Source: the human T2T-CHM13v2.0 reference genome, Homo sapiens
Strand: one strand, 5' to 3'
Length of the DNA stretch: 64,000 nucleotides
Assembly (NCBI RefSeq): GCF_009914755.1
Contig: NC_060925.1
Part shown: positions 12,021 through 26,017 of the stretch, piece after piece
Layout: the number at the start of each line of letters is the position of its first letter
How positions within the stretch are numbered: the first letter of the stretch is position 1
Program-made: the position numbers and the translations under genes
The notes under the pieces: model-generated
Database searches by the model: none
What the model saw: only the letters and a program-made list of their open reading frames with translations
What the model was told of the DNA's origin: nothing

Positions 12021-14351
12021 CTTATTTAAAATCTGTAATAAATAATGTTATTTATATTAAATTTTAAAATGTATATTTTACTAGAATGTTCATCAATTAT
12101 AAAAGTGAGAATTAAGAAAAATAGATTGAATGTGCCAGAAATGATGGCTATTTTGCAAATGCAGTTGGTTGAGAATGGACATCAAAGAACATATGAGGCT
12201 CCTTGGGAAGAGGCTCAAAATGGGGAATGTCATAGATATAAAGCTGATTAGGGTGTTGATATCCATTTTATACAGCTGCAACAAAATATAACATCAAAAC
12301 GGCTTGTTAAAATTGGTCACATTAAAATACTCTTTCAACAGCCTTTATTCTCTCTGTTGTTAAAATTTAAAAAGTTAATAATCATCCTTTATTCTCTGTC
12401 CAAGAGGTAATTAGTAATAAATATTGGGATAAAGTAGAACATAATATCATCTATGATTCCAAGTATATTCGTTAATAGTTATCTCTGCATTAGTCCATGA
12501 CCTAACTGAACAATTGCAGTTTTCTTCCTATAGGGATTAGCCCTAATAAACTTAAAAAGGAAGTTGTAGGGAATGTAAGCTCTCTCCTTTTAAATCTCAA
12601 ATATTATGAAAAGTAGAAAAAAAGACCTTGGCTCAGTGAGCCAATCCCCACCTCCCAGGATCTCCATCATATACATCACTCCTGGGTAAGAGAAAATGTC
12701 AGAGTGGAAATAAACTATAGTATTACTCTAGTGAGGCTCTCCAAGGGGGAATGTGAAAAGTAGGATAAATGTTCTTCCCTAACCTCTTTTATAATTATTT
12801 TTTTTTTCAGAAAATATTGGTTTTAGTCTGTTTCTACTACCAGACAATAAATTATTTGAATATTGTAGTAATTATTGAAAATTCTTTACCCCTTACTTCT
12901 TAAATTAATTCTTAATAGGATAAAGACATGTTTGTTGAAGTGTGGAAGGAAGGAAGAGTTTAGGGCAGATCAAAGCATAAAAGAAGAACGGAAGGAAGAC
13001 AATGTTAAATTACAATATGTAAATTTTTGTAGATACTTATGATAGACTGTAGAACAACACAGAAAAAGAAATCTTGCCTTTGTAACTCACTTTCACTCAC
13101 TATAACATAGATACAAAAAAAAAAAAACTAATGAAAAATTGACTGTACACCCTAACTGCTTTTTTGTTTTCTTCCTATCCCCCGTGTTATATTCTCCTTC
13201 TTTGATCATATTAATAGTGTTAATAATGCAGTCATTTGTTTTTGGACTATGGGTTGCTTAATTATGGCCATTTATCCAAGTTTTATATTAGGTATTTTGG
13301 TGGCAAGGAACAATTATACGTTTGTATTACCTTAAAAAAATAAAACCTGAGGTCACAATCATGGTTCTGATATTAAGGCTTGGATGTTTCAATATCTCTG
13401 TCTCACTGTCTCTCTCGTATCTACCAGCAACATTTCCAACAATGCTCTGCTAATCCCCTCACCCTCTTTATCCTCGTGATCTTATTTGGACTGTCTGTTA
13501 TTTTGTGCCAAGCCACATCACAGAAGACTGACTGGATAGTTCTTCTTAGGTTAATTGTCCACTAGTGGACCAATCAAACCAGAATTATGTGGGTTTTCTG
13601 TTACTATGACATCATTAATGTCCAAATATTTAATATATCTTTTATACAATAAACTAATGGGACTAAGATCTCAACATTTATTAGATAGCAGACAATTTCT
13701 CTCAAGTCCAAAAAGCACAGACAAAAGAATCAATTAATAATATAATGCAATAAAAATATAAACAGTTCCTCAGGATTATAATGCAAATGTAACAAGAATC
13801 CTAAGGATATTTTACATATTTGAAACTGAATAATAGAAGGGCCTATAAAACATTGGCATAGAGAAAGTAAATTGTTTTAGATAACTTTGTATAGCTGAAA
13901 AGTGTTTGAGGAATCTTTCCAAATGTACTGATTAGTGAAATTACAACTGAAATATTCTGTATGAAATAGATAATAAGCTTAAGGGCAAAGTTGTTCCTAA
14001 TTGAAAAACTTGCCCTTAAGAGAAATGTAATACTTAATTAAGGAGAACAAAAGTAGCACACAATTCTTAATATTTCTAGAAAACTATAAAGAAAGGTTAT
14101 TGTGCTTTAAAGGTACACTAAAGGAAAAAAATTAACTCATAGGAACTACTATGCTTATATTCCTCTATTTTAAAATGTGAATAAAACAACATAGAAGTTT
14201 AGAGTGATTGACTTACAAACTAATGTATCTCAAAATATTTTTTTTTGTTTTTATGCTTTTGCTTTCATTTATTGTTGCTTACAAATGATTACTAACAATG
14301 CCGGCCATTTGATTTTGCTATATTAGTTGTTTCTGATGATTATATTGTATG

Positions 14352-14429
14352 TTAGATTGGCATAAAAGTAATTGAGGTTTTTGCATTACTTTTAATGGCA
14401 AAACCACAATTACTTTTGCACCAACCTAA
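14352..14429. mobile_element. MADE1 (Hsmar1-derived MITE)
   Basis: ~80-bp palindromic element ttagattggcataaaagtaattg...caattacttttgcaccaacctaa followed by TA. Confidence 0.93.
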
Positions 14430-14555
14430 TAATTGATACACATTAAGATAATCATATAATTCCACATATTTTGTATGTTATTTTACAGGTTGTCTTAGAA
14501 CATCTTCAAAAGTGCTCAATTAAAGTAAATTATGGTAGAAAAGTGGTCATAGATC

Positions 14556-14849
14556 TTTCTTTCTTTCTTTGAGAACTTCTCTCTCTGTTGCCCAGGCTGG
14601 AGTGCAGTGGCGTGATCATGGCTCACTACAACTTCTGCCTGCCCGGTTCAAGCAATTCGTATGCCTCAGCCTCCTGAGTAGCTGGGATTACAGGTGTGTG
14701 CCAGCACCCCCAGATAATTTGTGTGTTTTTATTAGAGATGGTGTTACGCCATGTTGGCCAGGCCAGTCTAGAACTCCTGGCCTCAAGCAATCTGCCTGCC
14801 TCGGCCTCCCAAAATGTTGGGTTGGAGGCATAAGCCACCTTTTCTGGCC
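14556..14849 (-). mobile_element. Alu (J or old S)
   Basis: Antisense Alu. TSD tcatagatcttt at 14547-14558 and 14852-14863. Confidence 0.93.
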
Positions 14850-16407
14850 AATCATAGATCTTTATTAGGTAAGATCTTTATTGCCTAAGGAAAAAAAAAT
14901 TGACACAACATACAGATTATCTAATAATTGCAACCCAGATATTGAATCCTATATCTGCATTTATATTATTTATTATAAATGTCTTTAAATGTGAAACCAA
15001 TGCACATCAGTAGCTGAAAATTATTTTGTTCTTAATATTGCATACGTTTACAATTAATTAGGAAGAAAAAAATCAAGCACAGGAAAAAGTTTCACTATGC
15101 ATGATAATAATGCCCATAGGCACACTACAGAAAACCGTATAATGTTAGTCAACATTTTATTTTTCTTTAATTTGGAAGTTTCTTAGAGCTAAATACATAA
15201 GTGTGCTCAAATGTTGGTACAAACTAATGCAAATACTACTTTTGATGAAAATTCTTCATAATTTATTAAAGCTGGTCTTTCAGAATGGTAAATATTATAG
15301 CCTCTGAAAATTATTCCCAGGCACTAGCGTGCATAAAACTATCATCAGTGTTATGAACAGGGTTGTTTAACAAATTAAAAGTTTGAGAGAACACAGTCAA
15401 ATGTTCTACCTTTATAATTTTTTACATTTTTCATGTCGGATTGTGTTCTTTTGAAATTCGTAATAAGCAAAAAGTACTTCTGGATTCTCTTAAGAATCTT
15501 GGAAGAGCTTACATGAGATGCCAGAGTCTCAAAAAAAAAAAAAAAGAAAAAAAAATTTAAACTAATCTCTAAAATAAAAATTTAAATATTGTATTCTTCA
15601 CGGCTAGGGAGCCCAAGTGGCATAACCAAAGCAGCTTATATTTTACTTGCAAAATTTTCTTATTTGCTTAAAAATTAGTGTATGATATTTTACCCGATAT
15701 TTCAAACATAGATCAGACTGGCTCTCTCAAAGGAGAACATGAAATTTTTGAACTGTTAACAAAACTATGATCATAAAATTCAGAGTGCTAAGTGTTTCTT
15801 TGCTTATGATTGTATAAATATTTATGAGCTATTGTACATGTAACTATTCAAAAATAATTTCACATTTGAATACACTAAGCAAATGCTTCTTTCCTTGTTC
15901 TCAAAGTATGAATAATCTTATATAACAATGTATTTTTATGTAAATAATATGTTATAAATGTCAATATCTTCAGGGTGAATTATGTTCTTTATTATAGCTA
16001 AATTTTAAATTTTAATAAAAGAAAATCATCAAAGAAAAGGCTAAGAGAAATATTTCATACTTTTGTGTATTTTACCAAATTATTTTTACTTGGTTTATAC
16101 TATAGAGTTAAATATTTCTTTTGTAAAGGAAGAAATAAGCAGTAAGAAGAAAATTGTGTTACTGTATTGTAAACAATCACCTCCATACAAATTAATTGTT
16201 CACTCCTCCTTTTTATCAAAATCACTGTTTATGGCATAATATGTAGTATTAAAATATGAGCAACTCAAAACTAGTATAAAATTGTTGAAATCATTTTAAT
16301 TTACAGTGTAGAATCTGTCTTTCAGAATGAACTAGTGTTAAGTAAATTGATGTTGCCTAGACTAGATTCCAGCAAGTTTATAGAGAATACACGTGAATGA
16401 AAGTTTT

Positions 16408-16550
16408 AGCACACTTGGCCAAGAGGGTGAGTAGGATTGAATCTAGCCTCCCCTTTGCCAAGTCCAGCACTCTGGGAGGGCTGTGACCACACAAATGGGA
16501 CTTCCTTTTAAAATTTACAAAAAAAAAAGCTGTGTGAGCTGGGGGCATCT
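16408..16550. mobile_element. Probable MER96-like hAT MITE fragment
   Basis: 'cacttggccaagagggtgag...gcctcccctttgccaagtccagcactc...cctttttaaaatttacaaaa...gctgtgtgagctgggggca' matches my recollection of MER96. Confidence 0.5.
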
Positions 16551-17309
16551 TTTTGTGAAACAGAGTTTAAGTAAAAAGAAAATTGCTTTCAATTAAACTG
16601 GGCTATGCAAGGGAATGGATGCAAAATATATCATGCTGTCTACTAAAATATACTAAGTAAATATTTAATGTAAAAAGATAGTGGTAGGGGAACTAATGAT
16701 GAGACTGTGTCTAAAAGAAAGATGATGTGCCTCTAGTCTAGGTATGAAAGGTGGGAGCATACCTAGATTACCTAAATACCTTGGCAGGGCATGAGGCAGT
16801 AAGTTGACTAAAGACAGAATTCATCTGTCAATCAAATGCCTATTTTGAAGGGAGGATAAAGGAAATAAAGATATTTTACAGGAATTAGTGTTCATTAGAA
16901 AAAAAGGAATTTTATATTATTCTGGATTTGATGATTAATGGATCTTTAAACACATTTTAATTTAATAAAATATTTTTTCATAGGAATTAGTGTATATTGT
17001 GCAATGCATCACATATAAATGGAAAAATGATTGTCTTTTCTATGAAATAAAATGCCAATCATTAAATCATATCTAGATTTCCTACGACTTAAAAAAATAG
17101 CCTTTTATTTATGTTAATCTTTGGGATTCTTGTCATACATTGTTAATAATATCATTTAGTTTATCAAAGTAAATAAAATACTTTATTACAAAGTAAAGAA
17201 TTTTATTAAAGAACGGATAGAGGAATCTTTGATCATTCTTCTTAAAATCAATTCTATATTTCAATGACATTTTCTGTAAAGATATTTGCATAACATTGTT
17301 TAATTTTCA

Positions 17310-17632
<323 letters not shown>

Positions 17633-18446
17633 TAGATGTGTTCTAGTAATATTTTAGTACCTTGAATAAATTAACTAATAGATATTTCCTTTTCCACAAT
17701 ATATATCTTTGATTAAGTTACCACTTACTATTGTAATTTGTCTTTATAATAAATCCCTAGTGTCTTAATTATTATTTTCTGTTGTTCTTCTAATTAAAAC
17801 ATCAAAAAATAATATATGAGACAGATAACTTGATTCTCTAAGATTATTTAAATACAATTTTCTCAATTTTTATTGATAATTACTCAGAAATATGCCTTCC
17901 TTTAATTTTGGAGTATACAATTATTGATTTGGCCAAAAATTAGTCAGAATTGTCCACTAATCGTACAACATTCTGTGCATATGAAAAAAAATCTTGTCAG
18001 AAAACACATGGTTTTTGTTAAAAGACCATATTATTTCTGATATATATTATTATATTTTAAAAGAAGGTCCATCACATTTTTATATTCAGAAGGTTTTTAA
18101 TACATTACATAAAGCAATACACTGTCAGAAATGACAAGAAGAAAACAATAAAATACTGAACACTCTCAAGTGGATTTTGCAGATAACCATTTTTACTCTC
18201 CAACTTACGTGTGTGTGTGTTTTATTTTCCCATGGACACTGTAAAAAATTAGAAATGTAGTAAGGCAAAAAAATAATTCCTCAGTCAAAGAGAAACCAAA
18301 ACACTTTAATGAAAATACTAAAATGAAACAAGTATGGGGAGTAGAATAAGGTAAAAATACTAACAATAACCAAACAAAGAAGAAAAATTCATCTATGTGA
18401 AAATATTGATATGTACTTTTCTAAAGAATTCAGGCCAAAGATCAAT

Positions 18447-19092
18447 CATCCAAGGGATGTTTGCACCCCCATGTTTATTGCAGCATGCTTCACAATAGCC
18501 AAGATTTGGAAGCAATCTAAGTGTCCATCAACAGAAAAATGGATAAAGAAAACGTGATACATATACACAATGGAGTACTATTCAGCCATAAAACACATAA
18601 TGAAATCCTGTCATTTGCAAAAACATGGATGGAATTGGAGGTCATAATGTTAAGTGAAATAAGCCAGGCACAAAAAGATAAACTTTTTCTAAATTATTTG
18701 TGAAAGCCAAAAATTAAAATAATTGAACTCATGGAAATTTTGGGTATTGTAGAATGATGATTATCAGATATTGAGAAGGGTGGTGTGGGTGGGACAGGAA
18801 AGTCGGGATGGTTAATAGATACAAAAATATAGTTAGGTAGAATGATAAGAGCTGGTACTTGATAGCACAACAAGGTAACTACAGTCAACAATATATTGTA
18901 CATTTTTAAATGACTAAAAGATTATAATTGGATTGTTTTAATGCCAAGAAAGGATACATGCTTGAGGTGATACATTTGCCCTGATGTGATTTCAACACGT
19001 TGTATGCCTGTATCAAAATATTTCATGTATCCCATAAATATATACACCTGCTGTGCACCCACAAATATAAAATAAATAATAAAATAATAAAT
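18447..19092 (+). mobile_element. L1MA (L1MA2/3-like) 3' end
   Basis: ORF2 C-terminal remnant plus 3' UTR 'ggatacatgcttgaggtgat...cccataaatatatacacc...cccacaaatataaaataaa'. Confidence 0.9.
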
Positions 19093-19309
19093 GCATAATG
19101 AAAACATATGGAATTATCTGTACCACCCAAACTATGATGATGACTAATATCATATGTATATTCTCCTCCATCCACTGCTGGTAATAATGGAAAATGGTGT
19201 AACCTGTTAGGAAAACTATGTTTTCTAAACATGTAAACAGATGTATAGCAAATCACTCAGCCATTCTACTTTTAAAATTTACTCTACAGGAGAGAAAGCT
19301 GGTGAGAGT

Positions 19310-19555
19310 TCTTACCTTCAAGTCATTTCCAGCCCAGGAGCTAGATACATAAATAAAGAAACACCCTTTCCAGGCCAAATTCTTGAGTCACCACCAGCCT
19401 TCAAACTTTCTGAGCTGAGTATCCAGGCATTATGGAGTATAAATAATTATTCTTGCTGACTTCTGTCTGAATTCTTGATCCACAGAATCTGTGAGCATGA
19501 TACAATATTGTTTTAAGCCACTGAGTTTTAGGGTAGTTTGTATTTAGTAACATTT
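19310..19555 (+). mobile_element. MLT1H-like LTR, 3' part
   Basis: 'ctgaattcttgatccacagaatctgtgagcatgatacaatattgttttaagccactgagttttagggtagtttg'. Confidence 0.75.
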
Positions 19556-20003
19556 TAACAACTCTGTAATGTAGTGGCTATTTTAATTCCAGTATTTATA
19601 ATAGGTTTTCTTTTAGGATCTACAGTATTTAAAAATAATAATACTCAAGATTCGGATTTAAATATAGGCAGAAACTTTTGGATCCCCAGATGTTTGCAAC
19701 TCTTTAAGCATGTGGATAAGCATGATTAGCAATGGTAGGAATTATTTTCATAAAGTCTGGGACTGTGAAAATAATGGAAAAGTCTGTTCCACTATGTGAG
19801 AACAGCTGCTGGCTTTAAAGAGTTAGGGTTGCACATATTTAATAGCAAAACTAATAATGACTTATTCAAAATACATTATTGCTTTGTTTTTTCTTTCCAG
19901 TGACAGGTGCAAAACAAATATGTCTTCATTTAGAATTCAGAGATTAAATAGGGTATTGAATATGCTGTCTAGAACTATTTTAGATAAAAGTGCTGCTTTT
20001 TAA

Positions 20004-20369
<366 letters not shown>

Positions 20370-22338
20370 GATTTTACAGCTTTTCATAAATTATGGTGGC
20401 ATAACGGTGGCTTAGTTAATGGTTGATTATATTACAAAATTGAATAGGTTTGACACTGTATTAACACATTAAGTAGCATCTGCCATATACTTTTATCAAC
20501 AATCAAACAGTACATTAGTAAACCAGACCATTCATAAAAAAAAAAAAAACATAGCTTGTAACTTACTTCTTAATTGATGTAAAGACCAAAATATAGAATT
20601 TATACAGCCACAAAAATGTATATTCCTTTTTCTTTGGTCAACATGTTTTATTTTCATTAAAGCTTGAATATATACTTTATTCTCAAGAATTGGTTCCAAA
20701 TATTTTTTACTCTATCAGAATTCAAATTCAGGGTCAACATATAATCCTTTGAAAATATTGAGAATTATTAAAAATAATTTAAAAAGCATATTATTTTAAA
20801 CTTCAAACTTATCTTAAACATTAATAAGAATACTTACATAAGGGCTTCTAAAGGAAGCAATTTTGAAGAGGAAGACTTACAGTACGTTTTAACAAAAGCA
20901 GTGATGTTAACTTAAGCTAAACATTATTTTTGGTATTTGAATTTCAGTTTACATTTCTATGTTGTAAAACCTCGAAAATATTACTATAATAATTAAAGAA
21001 CTACAATCTTTGCTATTTACCCTGCTTCACATTGATTTCAACAAAGATATCTAACAGATCAATGAGCTAAATCACATCAAATATGGCACATGACTCAGCC
21101 TCACAGGAAGAGAATTAGAATTAATATAGTACTATCCAAGCTGGCAATGGAGATGGCCTCAGCATCAATGCTGGTAGTAACGGTCTCATCAGTATCATTT
21201 GGGTAAACATGCCAGTTATACTACCAGTCCTTTTTACTGTACTAAGTAATAGATAACTTACAATACAATTATATGCCTGAGAAACCTCATAAAATTACTT
21301 TTAAGATTTAGGAGATAATGATATAATATTGGTTTTTTGGAGGGGTTATCTTTTGAATCAAACAAAAATACAGAAAAAGAAGAGTTTAGTATTATTATGA
21401 CTATGTTGATAATACGAGTTTTTGTTTTTCTTTTCAAACAAAAATCACAAAAGAATTTCTAAGAAGATTTTTTTTCTTGCTACCACTTTTCAGAAAACAA
21501 TACAGAAAGAGAAGCCAAATAATGCCCTTCAAACTGAGGTTTATTTGATGTTGTAAACCCTGACACTCCTTTTGAATTAAATGTATAATAATGTCTTGGT
21601 ATTTAATGTTATTTTACTTTTCCTTTCTTTCTCATCTGTTTTTAAGTAGGTTTTCAGACTAGCATTCAAAGCCAATTGAACAAGAAGATGAAAGTTTACA
21701 GAGATATAGAGGGAAGGAAAGAAAAGCTTTGTTGACTGCAGTTATAGAAGACAACAGATTGAAACAACTAGTCAAACAGAACTAAAGAAAAGAGAAACAA
21801 TCAGCCTGGAGTTGAAAGGAGAGACAGTAATCTTGAGAATATATGACTACCATTATAATGGCTCAAAGTTTGACTATCAAGTGTTTAAAAATGAATTTAA
21901 TATGGTCATGTTTAGAAGTTTTAGGACAGGAAGGAGAGGGTTTTTAAAAATTGTTTCTGATATCATAGTATATTCTCAAATATTCAGAGGGACAAAGCTC
22001 TCTCCTCTTCCCTCCTGCTGTTTGCCTTCAGGCTATTTCACTGCTCATTAGCACCTTCACCAGAGAGTGGGCCAGGAAATAAAAGAGCTGAAACAGGAGT
22101 CAGTCAATTGCAGTTCTCATTAGGGGCTCTGGCAAAAATCTACGGATGGGTGGAGTCTGAATCTAATAGCTAAAGAGAGATGTGGGGATTATCCATGGTA
22201 TTCTCTTGTCCAAATCATTCTGCTCCCTGAATATCAGAGATAATTGCATGTTGACTGTATTATAATACATTTCCATAGCAATTACTGACATGTTTGCAGA
22301 AGGGAAACAAAGCAAGAGGGTAATGTAATTATCTAGGT

Positions 22339-22530
22339 CAGTGGTTCTCAAACTTGAGCTTCCATCAGAATTACCTGCAGAGCTTTTTTTTTCAAGGCAG
22401 ATTATTGGGCTCCACCCATAGAGTTTCTGATTGAATAGGTGTGCGTTAGTGCCCAAGAATATGAATTTCTAACAAGTTTCTTGGTGATTCTGCTGCTGCT
22501 GATCCAAGGACTATATTTCAAAGACCAGTG
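22339..22530 (+). mobile_element. MER5A (hAT-Charlie)
   Basis: TIR cagtggttctcaaac ... ttcaaagaccagtg. Degenerate 8-bp TSD atctaggt / atctacat. Confidence 0.9.
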
Positions 22531-23124
22531 ATCTACATAATTCAGAAAACGTTACACAGTTGCTAACAAGCAATATAATTGACTGATTTTAATTTTGCCT
22601 TCTCATAGGATTTATGAATCATTATGTGACTTCTTGCAAGAATTCTGGCAGCTATACCATCATTTTTGGACTTATCCTGAATTATACATACAAAAAGAAC
22701 ACTGAGTTGCCATTCAACTTCTACAATCACATCCTAAAATATATTGGCAAAACATGCAATATTTAGATATTTGCTTTCATTTTCATTCTATTGGGACATA
22801 TTGTTTTCAATCTCAAACTGCTAATTTACCAATTAAGTCTCTTGAAGGAATATTTTCTCTTTTTTTGTTTTAAATTATCAAAGTAGCATATGATACTTAA
22901 ATAAGAAATGCACAGAAGTGTGAAGAAAAATGTAAAAGTCTCCTCTTCCACAAACTGCATCTTCTTACTCTGGAGACATGTCAATATATACTACTACTCA
23001 TATGGAAACATACATTCAAAAATATAATAGCATATATTGATTTTTAGTCAATTATACATGATTATTATGTATTATGAATATTATGTAATCTTATAGAAAT
23101 TATATTTTATAAATGTTAACATTC

Positions 23125-23750
23125 TGTTGTGGATATAGCAAACTGTCTATTGCCCCCTTTATTCATTCTCTATTTTTTAATATACCTGTAAGAGTTTAGC
23201 TTTTCTTGTGGCTACCCAGAGTAGATTTTATTTTTTTAATTCTGATTTGCGGTTTGTCATGGTCATATGACAAATTCTGAACAATTGGAAGGCATTCTAA
23301 GTGTTTATAAAATTTCCCAGAACTATCTTTAGAACACTGAAAAATTACCTGTATCAGAATAATCTGGAAGGCTTGTTGAAACAAAGTAATAGGCCCCAAC
23401 CCCGGAGTTTCTGATTCAAAAAGCCTGGGTTGAGGACTGAATATTTACATTTTAGACAAGTAACCAGATGATGCTGACTTAATGGTTCAAAGGCTGTGAG
23501 AGCCAGTGACTTAGAGGAAGAAGATGTATACTTCTCTTTCCCTTTGCTTTTCCTAATATCTATAATGCAGATGTTACTGTGTAAGCACAAGCAGCCATTG
23601 TGCTACATGTGATGAAACCCACATTTTGAGGATGGCAGAACAGTAAGATCTCTTGGTTATGGGACTTCAGTACTACTTGTGCATTCTCTGCCTTTAGGTA
23701 GGAGAAGTATTTGTTGTGTTCTCTCTCATTTGCAGTCAAAGTTACATAGA
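23125..23750 (+). mobile_element. MLT1J-like LTR interrupted by MER5A
   Basis: 'catggtcatatgacaaattctg', 'gcagccattgtgctacatgtga', 'gaggatggcagaacag'. Confidence 0.65.
23335..23480 (+). mobile_element. MER5A fragment
   Basis: 'atcagaataatctggaaggcttgttgaaaca...ccccggagtttctgattca...ccagatgatgctga'. Confidence 0.8.
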
Positions 23751-24045
23751 TTGCATGGACTTTGGTTAATGTAAATACACATAAATCTAATATATTTCAT
23801 TGCTTAATATTATTTTATAGATACATAATTTTTATGATCATTTTATTTCCTTTTTAATTAACAAATAATTGTATATATTCATAGGGTACAATGGAATTTA
23901 TTTTTAAATGTATTATTGCTTTATAGAGAGAGGCCTTTTTTTTCTAATTACAGACAATTTGCCAATAAAGATTTTAAAATATTACTTTGAGTAACTTCAG
24001 TATAAATTGTAAAGGTGAGTTGAGAAGTGAAGGAGTGTGCAGTTT

Positions 24046-24385
24046 TACTTTATTTTTATTTATTTATTTCTAGAGACAGAGTATCACACTGTCATCCAGG
24101 TTGGTGCAGTGGCGCTATCATGGCTTACTGCAGCCTTAACCTTCCAGGCTCAAGCGATCTGCCTGCCTCAGCTTTGCAAGTAGCTGTGCCCAGAGGTGCA
24201 CACCACAATGCATAGCTAATTGAAAAAACAAAAAAAAAAACAAAAGAAAACAAACAAAAAAAACCTGTAGATACAGGGTCTCTGTATGTTGTCTAGGTTG
24301 TTCTTCAATCCCTGGGCTCAAGGGAACCTCCCACTTGTGCCTCCGAAAGTGCTGGGATTACAGGCATGAGCCACCATGCCCAGCC
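24046..24385 (-). mobile_element. AluJ
   Basis: J diagnostics (cactgtcatccagg, tactgcagcct, ggctcaagcgatc, acagggtctc). Aberrant A-rich linker. Confidence 0.92.
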
Positions 24386-24549
24386 TGGCAGTTATATTTA
24401 AGATGCAAATTGACAAATACTTCCCATATTTTTTTACTAAATCATACTGAGTAAGAAAACTAGGTATTACCAATTGTCTCATAATTTTGCCCAAATTATA
24501 AACCTCTACAAAGACAATATTTCATGATGTTTAATTAGGCAGTAATTGG

Positions 24550-24852
24550 TGTCAAAAGACTCAAGTTTAAATCCCAAATTGAAATCCCAGTTGAATCTGT
24601 TTCTAGTTATGTGACCCTGGGAAGTTAACCTCTCCATTCTTTAATTTCTGCACCTCATTCATTTACTCAACAATCCAAAATATACTGAGCAACCTTTTTA
24701 GGCCAAACTCTCCTTTGAGAATTGACAAGACACTTGAGAACAATTAAGGCATTAATTTTGCTTTGTGAAGACTAAATCAGATAATCTACTGAAAGCGCTT
24801 TATAAAGTACCTAGGACACACTTGGACAAAATCAGTGCTAGCTAATATTATA
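24550..24852 (+). mobile_element. MIR, split by a short antisense L2 3' fragment
   Basis: MIR core 'ctagttatgtgaccctgggaagttaacctctc' and 3' part 'gtgaagactaaatcagataatctactgaaagcgctt'. L2 tail 'cattcatttactcaacaa...tactgagc' lies between them. Confidence 0.7.
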
Positions 24853-25714
24853 GAAGGACTGTTTTGCAGCTCTTGTGTTTATTAATATTTATTTACATTT
24901 ATTTAATCAAAAGTGAGATTACACTTTTTTTAAACTTTTATTTTATGTTCAGGAGTACATGTCCTGGTTTGTTATATAGGTCAATTTATGTCACAGAGGA
25001 TAGTTGTATAGATTATTTCATCACCAGGAACTAAGCCTAGTAGCCAATAGTTATTTTTTCTGATTCTCTCCCTCCTCCCACCCTTCACCCTCAAATAGTC
25101 TCTGTTGTTCTACCCTTTGTGTCCATGTATTCTCATAATTCAGCTCCAACTAATAAGTGAGAACATGCGGTATTTGCTTTTCTTGTCTGTTCAAGGAATC
25201 AGTTTCTTTCTGGTTCAGTCTTGGGTGGTTGTATGTATCCAGTAATTTAGCTTTACCTTCTAGGTTTTCTAGTTTATGTGCATAGAGGTGTTCATACTAG
25301 TCTTTGATGGTTGTTTGTATTTCTTTGTGATCAGTGGTGACATCCCCTTTGTCATTTCTAAATGTGTTTATTTGGATATTCTCTTTTCTTGTTTATTAGT
25401 CTTGCTAGTGGCCTATCTCTCTTATCAGTCTTCACAAAACCAAATCCTGGATTCGTTGATCTTTTGAATGGTTTTCTTCCTTTCTCTGTCTCCTTCAGTT
25501 CAACTCAGATTTTTGTTATACCTTGTTTTCTGCTAGCTTTGGAATTGCTTTGTTGTTGGTTCTCTAGTTCTTTTAGTTGTGTGATAGGTTGTTAACTTGA
25601 GATCTTTCTAGCTTTATGATGTGGACATTTAGTGCTATAAATTTCCCTCTTCATAGTATCTTAGCTGTTGTGTCCCAGAGATTCTGGTGTGTTGTATCTT
25701 TGTTCTCATTAATT

Positions 25715-26017
25715 ATTTTCTTATTTATTTATTTATTGAGCTGGATTCTCGCTCTGTCACCCAGGCCAGAGTGCAATGGCATCATCTCAGCTCACTGAAA
25801 CCTCCACCTCCCAGGTTCAAATGATTCTCCTGCCTCAGCCTCCTGAGTAGCTGGGGTTACAGGCGCAGGCCACCACACCTGGCTAATTTTTGTATTTTTA
25901 GTAGAGATGGGGTTTCACCATGTTGGCCAGGCTGGTCCCGAACTCCTGACCTCGTGGTCCACCCACCTCAGTCTCCCAAAGTGCTGGGATTACAGACGTG
26001 AGCCACCATGCCCGGCC
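25715..26017 (-). mobile_element. AluS (Sg-like) inserted in L1
   Basis: TSD ttgttctcatta at 25700-25711 and 26018-26029. Confidence 0.96.

Noticed and set aside
13978-14020. Small hairpin cttaagggcaa...ttgcccttaag
   Set aside because: An 11-bp stem with imperfect extension is near chance expectation in 64 kb of AT-rich DNA.
15520-15556. gtctc plus poly(A), resembling an Alu tail or processed-pseudogene end
   Set aside because: Only about 5 bp of Alu-like sequence, with no TSD and no upstream body.
16737-16767. 10-bp inverted repeat tctaggtatg/catacctaga; similar ones near 11090 and the 14-bp palindrome at 13557-13570
   Set aside because: Too short to distinguish from chance, with no supporting context.
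20825-20920. Two perfect minus-strand gtaagt donors with possible micro-exons
   Set aside because: Acceptors are weak or exons implausibly short, and there is no frame or homology support.
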